Source of the DNA: Lama glama
Taxonomy: Eukaryota
Direction of reading: 5' to 3'
Assembly: GCA_028534125.1 (NCBI GenBank)
Contig: CM052816.1
Span: forward strand, 57,910,001-57,974,000
DNA length: 64,000 bases
In this document: piece by piece, positions 14,126 through 25,120 of the stretch
Layout: the number at the start of each line of letters is the position of its first letter
Numbering within the stretch: position 1 is the stretch's first letter
Notes under the pieces: model-generated
What the model was told of the DNA's origin: nothing
Database searches by the model: none
The model's input: the letters and a program-made list of their open reading frames with translations, nothing else
Position numbers and translations under genes: made by a program

Positions 14126-15177
14126 GTCCTTGTTTTGGTGTCCCAAGCTTTGACATCTCTTTGGCCTCAAACCACATGGAAAATGGTATCAGAAATAATT
14201 CTCATTTTATACCTTTTCTTCCTGGTACCTGATTTTTATTAGTCCCAGGTAATCTGGGACTCCTTATTATATGTCTGACCCATCACACTAGGCTTCTGGC
14301 CACTCCTTGAAGCCTATGGACCCTTCCCACCTCCCAGCGCCCCTGCCCCACGCCACTGGAACAGGCCTCATCACTTATGCCAGTGAATTGCGTTTGTTTA
14401 TGGAACATGGGGCACGTGGTATCTGCTACATCTAGGGCCGTAAGGGGGTCTCTGATGACCTACATCTTGAAGCACTTCAGTAGATTAGTGTTTTTAGTAC
14501 TTTACTTCTCCAGAAATGCAATACTGACCAGATCGAGCTGCCATTTCAGATGCAGCCATAAGCAGTCAGGATGTCAAGGCTGACCCCCAGTGAAGCTCAG
14601 TGTGGGGGAAGCTTGTAACGGCGCTTCTGGGAGCTGCTTATTAGCATGATGCTGTTAGTAAGGAAGCCTTGACATGGTTTCCATCTGTTGAACGGAATAC
14701 TAGTTAGGTAAACATTTCTCTGTTCTTCGAAAGGACAAGCTATGGATGGGCTTCCTCCATTTTATCAGCTGCTTCTGCCATTTCGTTTGCATCTTAGGGT
14801 TCTTTGTTCATAGAGTTTGCTGCTTGGTTTGGTGCAAGTCAGAGTGGAAATGTAGGTTTGTTTTCTTGTGCAGTCTTTGTGGTTTAAAACCAGGAAATTA
14901 CACAGGGAATCACAGCATACGGAGTTCCATTTACCGTTTGTGCATCCCACGTGGTGCATCTGAGCAGAATTGCTGGGCTGAAAGAAAAGGAGCAAAAGCT
15001 AACAGTGCCTGCATGAAAGGCAGCGTGACGGGTTCCCAGCAAAGTACCTTTTCCCGTTAGCAGAATGTGTGCAGATTTTGCAAGAGACTTAGTCTCTTTT
15101 TTCTTCTTTGTATTCTTCACCTGCCTACCCCTCCCATGTCTCCCTTTTTTTTTTCCCCCCTCATTTATTTCCAACAG

Positions 15178-15417
15178 ACCTTACATTCTAAGCTACAGGC
15201 TCTGGGCAAAGTTGAGTCAGAAAGCCTTCTGACCCTGACCACCCAGCTTGTCAAGGAACAGCTCCCCACCTGTGAAGCAGAGGACATCGCCGCCTACGAG
15301 CAGAAGCTGCAGCAGTGGCATCTGGAACGGGTACACCTGATTCAGAAGGAACAGGAGCATAGGGAGAGGGCAAAGCAGGAGTACGAGGCTCGAAGAGCAG
15401 CAAAGGCATCTACCTAA
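15178..15417 (+). CDS. MRPS27: MRPS27 terminal coding exon (to TAA)
   Basis: Long polypyrimidine tract and caacag|[18 protein letters not shown]...[10 protein letters not shown]. The six exons sum to 852 nt (283 aa + stop) with no frameshift. Confidence 0.96.
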   Translation, partial: TLHSKLQALGKVESESLLTLTTQLVKEQLPTCEAEDIAAYEQKLQQWHLERVHLIQKEQEHRERAKQEYEARRAAKAST

Positions 15418-16440
15418 CAAGCCCCACAGGGGCCTCAGGAACCTCACTGGACCTGGCTCAGGAGTCACAGATTAATGGTCACCACAACAGCAGCCTCAGC
15501 TTCGTCCATCCAACCTGCTCCTTTTCTTCAAACAGACTACCTATGATATAAAAGCCACACTGTTCCACATGTCAGGCCACTGTGACCGCCCATCCAGATG
15601 CCAGGGAGGCTGTGGAACCATGAAAGTGGCAGGTGGTCAGACTGAAACCACCAGCCAAATACCTTAAATGAGGACTCTCGAGGCTTATAGTTCCTGGGGG
15701 ACAGAGATCAATTCTGAGCATTGAAAGCCACTGATACCTAGCGATGGTGGTGGGAGAAGCCATGGATGAAGAGTCGAGTCTCAAGCACAAGCTTTTGAAT
15801 GGTGTCTGTGTCCCCAGCCGATGTCATCTGCGGTCCCGACACCTTGTCTGCTTAGTCTCCTCTTGGGGATATGCTCTCAGCTTGAGCCAGGTGTGGGATG
15901 CCCACACATCCCCACTTTCCCCTTCGCCTGCATCCCACCCTCCCAGGCCTGAACTGGGAGAAGTTCACTAATGGAGCAAACACCAGACCTGCTGGCTTTT
16001 GAATTTCAGGGACCCCTCAGTGGAATTTTCAGAATAAAGGCTTTTGAGGAGAGCTGGCCCAAGCTCTGAAGCCTCCTTGGCTTGGCTTCCACGTCATGTT
16101 GGAGTGACTTTTTCACGATGTATTGTCTCAGCTCCTCATCATGTAGGTGAAGTGAGCCTTCTCTGTACACTCACATGCGCACGTACAACTTGTGAACACG
16201 TTTCAGTTAGAAGTTGGAACATAGGAGAGATGGGCTGGGGCTTGCATGTGGTGATACGAATGATTGTAAAACTGTCGGGAGGTGGACAATTCCTCTCTCA
16301 AGTTTCCCTCTGAGATGGATCAGGGGCAGCTCTTGCTTGCTGCGTAATTTTGCCCTAAGTGTAGTGATGTACTTCCATGCAAAATTGTGCTCTTTCGTCA
16401 AGAACCCGTGGAAATAAATGTTCTGGGATCATTTTGGTGT
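15418..16440 (+). other. MRPS27: MRPS27 3' UTR (approximate end)
   Basis: Runs from the stop codon to just past AATAAA 16413-16418; a second AATAAA at 16033-16038 could be a proximal site. Confidence 0.7.
16413..16418 (+). terminator. MRPS27 polyadenylation signal
   Basis: AATAAA followed by a T/GT-rich downstream element (ttttggtgttttcttcatctttgtg). Confidence 0.75.
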
Positions 16441-17627
16441 TTTCTTCATCTTTGTGGGAAGGGAGGGAGAGGTAGGGAATTTTATGATTACTATGATTTT
16501 GAGGAATGTATTTTCAATCCTCCTTCTCTGTGAGACTGTGGCGTTTGTAGTAGTAATAATCACCATCACAACCACTAACATTCGTTGAGGATTCACTATG
16601 CACCAGCAGTCCTACAAGGGAGGTACTATTATTCCAGTTTTGAATGAGGAAACTGAAACTAACTCACGTGCGGTCTGGCTCGCCCTGCCTGTCACCCTGC
16701 GTGTCACCTCCGTGCATACCTGCAGTCAGCATCCCACACAGGGCCTGAGCCTTGCTTAGGCAGAGGGTCATGACCAAAAGTTGGTTCTGGCATTTTGGTT
16801 TATCAGGGGCAGGACTTTTTCAGCCACTCCCTTATTATATCACGAGGATGGTTCAAGATAAGTCAGATGGCATCTTTCATTCAGTAAGTTAACAACCACC
16901 ACACGTGGGGCATCTGGTTGATACTTCAGCTCACAGTTTTGCCTCCGTCTTCCTCCTCATCTATCCCTGTTGCACTTAATGCCCAGTCTTCACCAAGAGA
17001 GACCACTTCGCCCCTGTGTTGCTGCTCAGCAGGAGTTTTCATGCTCCCTTCTCCTCAGATTTCTTCTACACGTATGCCTCCACCTCTCGTGAGCTCTCCC
17101 TTTTGTGAGTCTTTCCTCAGTCTCTCGTCTCCTGAGCTAGAGGATACCTTCCCACCTTCCTGGATGATCACAAGAGCTGACCACAGTTGTCCTCTGCTCA
17201 TTTCAGCAATATCACCATTTCTTACACGTGGATGGAGAAACTGCCATCAGTACCCTGGCCTCTAGGCATGACTTTAGCTATAAGAGATCACCTCTCTAGC
17301 TGACCTACCAGAGTCATAGACCTCCAGCCTCATATCACTAATTCAAGATCTTAGAGCCTGAAGTCCATTCTCGCAGTCTTCCTTTCTTTCATCATGTGAC
17401 TCCTGCCAAACCAGCCCTTCCCTGTTACTTCCTGCCTGCAAACCGTTAGCCTTTACCCTGTCACTCAAACCCTCGATCTCCAGGATTCAGACCCTACTTG
17501 CCTTCCTTCCAGCCTGGGCCCCACAGTTGGCCATCCTGTTGGTATTCTCATTAGCATTTCTTATTTCTTCTCACTCCCTTTATCTAGGCCCACTTGCCAT
17601 CTGTGGACCTGTATCCTTGGAGCCACC

Positions 17628-18055
17628 TGTTATGGGTTGAATTTTATTCCCATCCCCACCAAAAAGTGTTGAAACACTGACCCCAGTGCCTTAGAGTCTG
17701 ACCTTAGTTGGAAATAGGGTCTTTACCAAGATAAAGTATAAAGAGGTCATTAGGGTGAACCCTGATCCATTATAAGTGGACCCATAATGTCATTAAAAGG
17801 AGAAATTTGGACACAAAGATAGTTACAGAAGGAAGACAAGGTGAAGACACAAGGAGAAGATGCCAACATGAGTGGTGCATCTGCAAGCCAACACCAGAAG
17901 CCAGAAGCAAGGAAGTGTTGTCTCCTGGAGCAAAGAGAGTATGACCCTGCTGGCACCCTGATTTTGGACTTCTGGCCTCCAGGACTGTTCTGTTCTTTTA
18001 AGCCACTCAGTTTTTGGTATGAACTTCATTACAGTAGCCCTCGGAAACTAGCACA
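17628..18055 (+). mobile_element. Solo LTR, ERVL-MaLR MLT1 family
   Basis: TG...CA termini: tgttatgggttgaatt start, gaccttagttggaaatagggtcttt, gattttggacttctggcctccaggactg, ggaaactagcaca end. Confidence 0.85.
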
Positions 18056-19465
18056 TTGCCGTTTGTTTTCTTCCTCCTTGCTTCTGACCCACTACGTGTG
18101 GTGTACAAGGTTGTAATGTCAGGCTGGCTGATTCCTCTACAGGTTTACAGCTGTCCTCTTCAACTCAACAGTTCTTTCCTTTCTCTTTTACTGACTCTCA
18201 TTTTTACCTCAATAGCTTTTCTACTCTGCTTAAGCCCCAGACCCTGGCCCCCAGAACTGTGAGCAGATGTTCTTGCCTCCTACTTTGTCTCAAAAATGTA
18301 GGCCACATAGTCCAACCTCAGTCTCCCTCGTTCCTGCCTTAACAGCTCTCTGTCCTTACCCATTCTCTTCATCTTCCCTTCTGTTTCCAAGTGATAGGTG
18401 TCCCCACCCTCCTTTCAAGGTTAGGCTCTTCATTTGTGACCTGGCCTGTTCCAGAACCATCTTCCCTTTCCACATTGCATCATCTCTACTGATTTCTTCT
18501 TTCAAGTCTACAGTCTTACTCAAGCCTTTATCCTGCCATCAGTCAAGTTCTTACCCTGTCATTCTCCTTCCTTTTGTCTCCAAATTTCTTAAAAGGGTGT
18601 CTCCACTCACTGGCTAGTTGCTGGTTCATTGGACCCTGAGACTTGGGCTTTCGCACTGCTGCGTATCAACTGCAATGACCCTTTCCCCTCTGCTCTGTTC
18701 AGCACCACTGACCACCCCCTTAGAAGCTCGGTGACTACAGCAGACAGTCTGAGTCTGTTCTGGCACTGCTTTCCTGTGCTCACGAGTATTCATGTGGCAC
18801 ATACTGCGTGCTGGGCACTGTGCACAGTGATTTGGAGGTTACACAGGTGAGTAGCCAAAGACCCTACCCTCAAATAACATTCTAGCAAGGGAGAGGGGGC
18901 AGGAACATACACACCTATCGGTGCACAACTAAGAAGTAAGTATCATTAGAAACACGAAGTGATGTGCGTGTTCACAGGAAGAGTACTTCAAGCCCAGAGA
19001 CGGGAAAAGGTTTAATGAAGGGAAATCGTCATCTGCTTTGTGCTTTAATTAGTCACACAGGTCTGCCTCAAGCTGTCCGGGGGCAAAGATGGTCCTCTTC
19101 TTCCCCTTGGAGTTGTGTAAAGTAGAGGTTCAAGAGAAATTACCTGAAATTGAAGTGAAATGAACAGCCCACACCCACCCTGCACCCCTCCATCTCCTGA
19201 AAAAAAAAAAAAAAAGGAAGAAGAAATAGAAGAAAAAGAAAGGCAGAGTGGTAGTAAAAGAAGAAAAAACAGTGATGAGGTACAAATAGCTTACTTTCCT
19301 CCTCTTGGGGCTGTGTTGTCTTGGCACCAAACTTTACACTTTTGTTTTCATACCTTCTAGCTGGCTGTGGATATCAGATATGTGTGTGGGAAATTTGTCA
19401 ATTTCACAAGTAGTCAAAGGTCTTGAAAACTAGTTTATCAATGTCGTTTTTTCACTGTAAATGAA

Positions 19466-19579
19466 ATAGCATCTAATGATTCCAGGGAAGCTGCTAAACC
19501 TCTTAGAGTGCACAGGACAGCCCTGCAGCAAAGAACTGTCTGGTCTAAACTGTAAGTAGTGCCAAGTTGAGAAACCCTG
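19466..19579 (+). mobile_element. MER20-like hAT DNA transposon fragment
   Basis: gctgctaaacc...tgcacaggacagccc...gttgagaaaccctg matches the recalled MER20 terminal half. Confidence 0.75.
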
Positions 19580-19832
19580 GCCTACAGTAAACGAGCAGAG
19601 CATCCACAGGAACTTTTGTGGTAATGTAGATGAGACCCAAGAATGATGTTTGTGCATACAGCTCATCTGTAAGTGGTGTTTCTAATGAGGGCTAGAAAAA
19701 TCACTAACGTTAGTTGTTTCTTGTCTTACTGTGTATGAGTATAAAATATGCAGTGATACAGAGTGGGCCATTATCCTTCCTAAACAAAGACCATATAGAA
19801 AGCCCATGTGAGTAAACAGTGATTTATATGAT

Positions 19833-20286
19833 ATTTTTTTAATTGAAGTATAGTTAATTTACAGTCATGTTAGTTTCTAGCATACAGCAGAGCAGTTCAG
19901 TTTTGCACATATATATATATATATTCTTTTTCATATTCTTTTCCATTATAGTTTGTTATAAGATATTAAATATAGTTCCCTGTGCTATACAGTAGGACCT
20001 TATTGTTTATCTGTTATATACATAGTGGTTTGTATCTGCTAATCCCAAACTCCTAATTTATCCCTCCCCTCCCCCTTTCTTCTTTGGTAACCATCAGTTT
20101 GTTTTCTATGTCTGTACGTCTGTTTCTGTTTTGTAAATAAGTTCATGTGTGTCATTTTTTTAGATTCCACATATAAGTGATATATTTGTCTTTCTCTGAC
20201 CTATTTCACTTAAAATGATAATCTCCAGGTTCATCCATCTTGCTGTAAATGGCATAATTTCGTCCTTTTTATGGCTGAGTAGTATT

Positions 20287-20332
<46 letters not shown>

Positions 20333-20889
20333 TACCTCATCTTCTTTCTCCAGTCATCTATTGATGGGCATTTAGGTTGTTCCCATGTCTTAGCTATTGT
20401 AAAAAGTGCTGCTATGAACATTGGTGTGCATGTATCTTTCTAAATTAGAGTTTTTTCTGAATATATGCTTAGGAGTAGAATTGCTGGATCATACTCATAA
20501 GTCTATTTTTAGTGTTTTAAGGAACCTCCACACTGTTTTCCTTAGTGGCTGCACCAGTTTGCATTCCCACCAACAGTGTAGAATGATTCCCCTTTCTCCA
20601 CACCCTCTCCACCATTTATTATGTATATTTTTAATGATGGCCATTCTGACTAGTGTGAGGTGATACCTCATTGTAGTTTTGATTTGCAATAATTCTAATT
20701 AACAATGTTGAGCATCTTTTTCATGGGCTTATTGGACTTCTATATGTCTTTTTTGGAGAAATATCTATTTAGATCTTCTATTTTTTGATTAGGTTGTTTT
20801 TCTGATACTAAGCTTTTGTATATTTTGGAAACTAAACCCTTGTTAGTTGCATTGTTTGCATATATTTTCTCCCAGTTCGTAGGTTGTCT
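19833..20889 (-). mobile_element. 5'-truncated cetartiodactyl-type LINE-1 with TSD
   Basis: T-tract then aattgaagtatagtt; ORF2 C-terminal remnant [19 protein letters not shown] (ORF 20495..20689); TSD gtgatttatatgat (19819-19832) and gtggtttatatgat (20890-20903). Confidence 0.92.
20289..20328. repeat. (TG)20 microsatellite inside the L1
   Basis: Perfect TG run. Confidence 0.95.
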
Positions 20890-21904
20890 GTGGTTTATAT
20901 GATTTTGCCATCTGGGGGTATGTAGCTGGGATGAGGAGTCTTAGGTTCCAAAATGAAGCTGCGGTGATGTGACCTCACCTGAGTCAGCGGAACCCTACAC
21001 CATTGCGCCCAGTTGCGTGGCTGAGAAGGGATGAAGCTTGAACTGGGCTCAGAGGGCTTTGGCTTTAGTGAATCATAAAAGCAGAAAATGTGGCGTGATT
21101 GTATGTTCGTTAAAAGTTGCTGATAACATTCAGAGCTGAACTTTTTAAACTGAAAATGCTAAATTTTAAAATCTTCAGAAAATGGGGAAAGAGGAGTGCT
21201 TTTCAACATACAGTTATGTCAGGAAAATTGCCTTTTATTCTAAATAACAGCTTCTTCACTTGTAAATAACTTTTTCTTTCCCCATTGATTTGGCCTTTTG
21301 CTGACATTGCATGCTGCTGTGAGGATGTTATTACCTGTCTGGTAACAAGGAAGTCGAAAAAAGGATGGTGGCAGTGCCCCCAAGAGTGTGGTAGTTACCA
21401 CTGGATCTTTGTTTAAAACAGAACAATGACACTTACACTGTGTGTTTATTATGCATGAATGTGAGGATTCCAGATGTGAGTGGACATGTTCAGAAAATGG
21501 TTTATTCTTCCAAAAAGAATCTAAACATAAATTCCATTGAGGGCTTTAAATGCTAGATTAAGGACTCTGGGGAAGATTTATAAAAGGGACATTATATCTT
21601 CTGATGTTTCCAGTGGTAAGAGAGTTTGCTTGCTTTTTTGGTTTCCATGATGCTACATCTCTGCAGAGTTCAGCATTTTAATTCTTCCAATGCCCCTTGA
21701 GTAAATACATGGAATCGGATAGGCAAGAATGGCCGTGAAAAGTTTCCTCCAGTGACAGAATGCCAGGCCACTGCTGAGTGTCAGTGTCTTCCAGGCTCTG
21801 GCTGAGGAGCAATCAGGTACCCATCTTGATTACACAAATTATACTTAACAACTCCTCTCTGTGAATGCCCATTCCTACCGAATTTAATCGTACCTAATTA
21901 AATA

Positions 21905-22065
21905 AATCCTCTCTAATCCTTGCAACAGCCCTGTGGGGCAGGGTTCCTCATTTTGCACAGGAGAAAACTGAGACTTGTGTGACTTGCCCAAGGCCACACG
22001 ATAAATGGGATAGTGCTTGAACCCAAGTTTGTATGATTCCAAACCTACTTTCAAGCAACTACAGC
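21905..22065 (-). mobile_element. MIR SINE
   Basis: taatccttgcaacagccctgtg...aggagaaaactgag...gacttgcccaaggccacac. Confidence 0.75.
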
Positions 22066-22099
22066 ATATAATCACTGTGTTAACCCAAGACTAATTACG

Positions 22100-23075
22100 T
22101 TCATTCGTTCGTTCAGTCATTCAACATATTTATTGAGTATCTACTGTGTGTTAGGAATGGTTAAAATAGTCACTGAGGATGCAGAAGGGAACAAAATATA
22201 GGCTAAGATCCCTTCCCTCATGGTGTGTCTAGTCTACGGAAGGAGACAGATAATAGTAAGTATATATATGTCATGCAGTGATATGTGATATGGAGTCAAA
22301 GCCAGGAAGAGAAAAAGAGAGGCCTAACAGGGTAGTTAGGGAGGCCTTCCTGAGAAGATGACGGCTGGAAAAAGACCCATGAGAATGAGGTGGAGAATCA
22401 TGGAGTCACCTGGGGAAAAGCGTTGTTGGCACAAGCGCCAGGGCCCGGTAGGGCAGCGGGAGAGGAGCCCAGGGAGACAAGGGGTAAAGGAAAGGATGGG
22501 TGGTGAAGGCCCCTGGCCTGTTAGTAAGGACACTGGCTTTTCCTCTGAGAACCCATTTGAAGGTTTTGAGCACAGAACAGCATGATGTAAGCTAACATTT
22601 TCTGAGGATTACTCTAGTCTAGCTGCTGTGTGCAGAGTAAACTTGGAGGGCAAAGAAGGAAACAGGAGGCTACTGTGTCATCCAGGGGAAAAATGACTGG
22701 CTTGGACAAGGGTAGTAACCGTCAATGTGGAGAGAAAGGATTAGATTGGATGTGTCTTGAAGGTAGAGCCAGCAGATATGCCGACGGGCCAAGATTTTTG
22801 ACGTTAGCAACTTGAGTGGTGTAGTTGCTATTTACTGAGTTAGAAGAGCCTAGTAGGAGAAGAAGTTTGGGGAGATCAGGAATTTATTCGAGGGCATGTT
22901 AAATTTGATTTGGAATATTTTAAAGGTCCCTACTGAACATCCAAATGGAGCTTTTAATGGACAGGTGGATATACAAGTTTGGAGATCAGAGAGAGGTAGA
23001 CTGAAGATAGAATATGTAAAAGTCATCAGTTTACACATGGCATTTAAATCCATGAAACTGCATGAAGTAACATGC
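22100..23075 (-). mobile_element. LINE-2 (L2a-like) 3' portion
   Basis: tcattcaacatatttattgagtatctactgtgtg 3'-end signature; agggaggccttcctgagaagatgac and gaaggttttgagcacag motifs. Confidence 0.75.
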
Positions 23076-23649
23076 ACTATTGGTTTGAGTGGCAGATAGT
23101 TGAAACCATGAAATAGAACTGTGCCTATTTTTTACGGGGCGATCACCCCATGGACAAGGCCTCATGATGCTCCAGCATCTGTGAAAAGATTACCAGTAAC
23201 ACCTCCCCACCCCCAGCCCACCCCCACCTCTACCCAGAGAATTAGCCAGAAGAACCACTCCTATTAAAGGAGCCGAGTGTGACCATAACTCAGCCTGCAT
23301 ATATGGCTCCAGTGAATTTCAACGATGTACAATATAAGATCAAAGAGGAAACAGTGGGACCCAAGATTATGCAAGAGACCAAGAATTCATGAGTCAAGAG
23401 TGTGCTGAAAGATCATTGTAGGGACACAGAAAGGCATCTTAAAATGAGCAATGCATCTAAAAAGAGAAAGAAAATGTAGTCATAGTATCTCAATGGACCT
23501 TTGTTGATTTGCCTGCAAGATAGGACAAAAGAAACTGAAGTAGAGCTACCTTGATGCAGAAAAGGAGCAGCTGGGAGGGGATGACCTCCTGGTCTCTCCT
23601 GGGCCTCAGTCTGGAGGGAGTGGGATCGAAACACATGGAGGGGTTCAGG

Positions 23650-23744
23650 TAGGGTGACCATCTGTGAGGGCTTCCCTGGGACATAGGACTCTCCATACTT
23701 AAACCAGGGCAGTCCTGGGCAAACCGGGATGGTTGGTCACTGTA
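23650..23744. mobile_element. MER94-like hAT-Blackjack MITE with perfect 8-bp TSD
   Basis: TIRs tagggtgacca and tggtcactgta; ggttcagg at 23642-23649 and 23745-23752. Confidence 0.82.
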
Positions 23745-25114
23745 GGTTCAGGCCAGAAAGACTTCCTGGAACTGAGTAGTTGGACAGTGAAATAGAAAAC
23801 AACTTGTTTAAGTTTAGTCTGATAGACGTTTTTAAACTCTTTTGGTGATGATTTTCCCACCTTGAGTTCTCACATGTTGGACCCTTTAATTTCTGGAGGG
23901 ATTTCAGAATTCAAGCAAATAGTGACTTCTAATGGGACCCGTCAACCAAGCCCCATGGCTTGGAGGCACAGTATAAGATCAAAAGGAGTGTAGGCGACAA
24001 AAGGATATCATTATGACTCAGGACAGGCTGCAGTGGCCTTTAGAGGCCAAAGGACCTCTCTGAAGACAGACAGGAGGTCTGCTGATCGAATGATCAAGGA
24101 GGCACATCTGTGACCTGAGTGAACTGTGAATTCTGGGATTTGAGGTGCCGAGGCCTCCCACTCCACACTTCGCCATTCTGAGCAGTCTGGGTGTCCCAGT
24201 GTATCTTGAGCCTTCATGTCTGCTGCTGCCTCTGCCTGGAATTTGCTTTGTCTAACACACACACAGACGTGCGTGCACCGGGTCTCAGTTTAGACATCAG
24301 TTGTGCTTTTCCTGTGGTACCTAGACTCACCCTTAGATTTGAGGAGCCCCAGTCACCACATTCAGTTAGGGCAGCACTTAAGTTTTGCTCACCTTTAAAC
24401 CCCCATGCTCTTACCCACTGCTGGGTATAGAGTAAATGTGCAATAATCTTTGAATGATTGAGGGGAATTCTCCTTTTTTATTATTATTTGTCGATTCTTT
24501 TCCTAAACTAGGATGTGAGTCAGATTCCTAGATGTGAATCAGATCCACAGCATATTATGTTAGTTATATAGAGTTTATTCTATAACTGAGCAAAAAATCA
24601 AGAGGGTGATGGCTTTGTAGAGCCCCAGAAAGTCAGCTTTGGGAGGGACCATCCAGTTTGACCATCTTGTCAAACACTTTAATTTTATAGGTAAGAAAAG
24701 GAACTCCAGATGGATTAAGTGACTGAGGTCACACAGCTGGGTGTGGCAGAGCTAGGATTAAACCTAGTTTTTGGTTTATACTGTGATTTAATAGGAAACC
24801 CTCCTGATACCTTCCTTCAACTGCACTGCTCTGTGTACTTTTTCTATTTTAAGCAATAATCTTAACTTGTCTCTGTCTGTAGATCCCAAGGTCCTCTAGG
24901 GCTTGGCTGTAGACAACAGCTGTAGAAACAGTAGCAGGGCCCTCTCAGCTGCCTGCCAAAAGCCAGGGAGCCCTGAATAGTACACGGTCACCCCTTGTGA
25001 ATGAATGCCTCGACCCCCAGTGGGTAGAAGACCCCCAGTTCCCAGTGAGCCCAGCTCAGTAACACACAACAAAAGACAGCACAGCACACACACCAACTTT
25101 TGCCACTTTTGTAT

Positions 25115-25120
25115 TTTATT
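25115..25120 (-). terminator. MAP1B polyadenylation signal
   Basis: Minus-strand AATAAA followed ~20 nt later by GT-rich ttggtgtgtgtgctgtgctgtcttttgttgtgtg. Confidence 0.85.

Noticed and set aside
14241..14261. Short hairpin agtcccag-gtaat-ctgggact (and ggtcacctt...aaggtgacc at 60001-60030)
   Set aside because: 8-9 bp stems are expected by chance in 64 kb; no other support
20495..20689. Protein-coding ORFs such as [12 protein letters not shown]... and the ORFs at 61288 and 62384
   Set aside because: Remnants or antisense readings of truncated L1 ORF2 and 3' UTR
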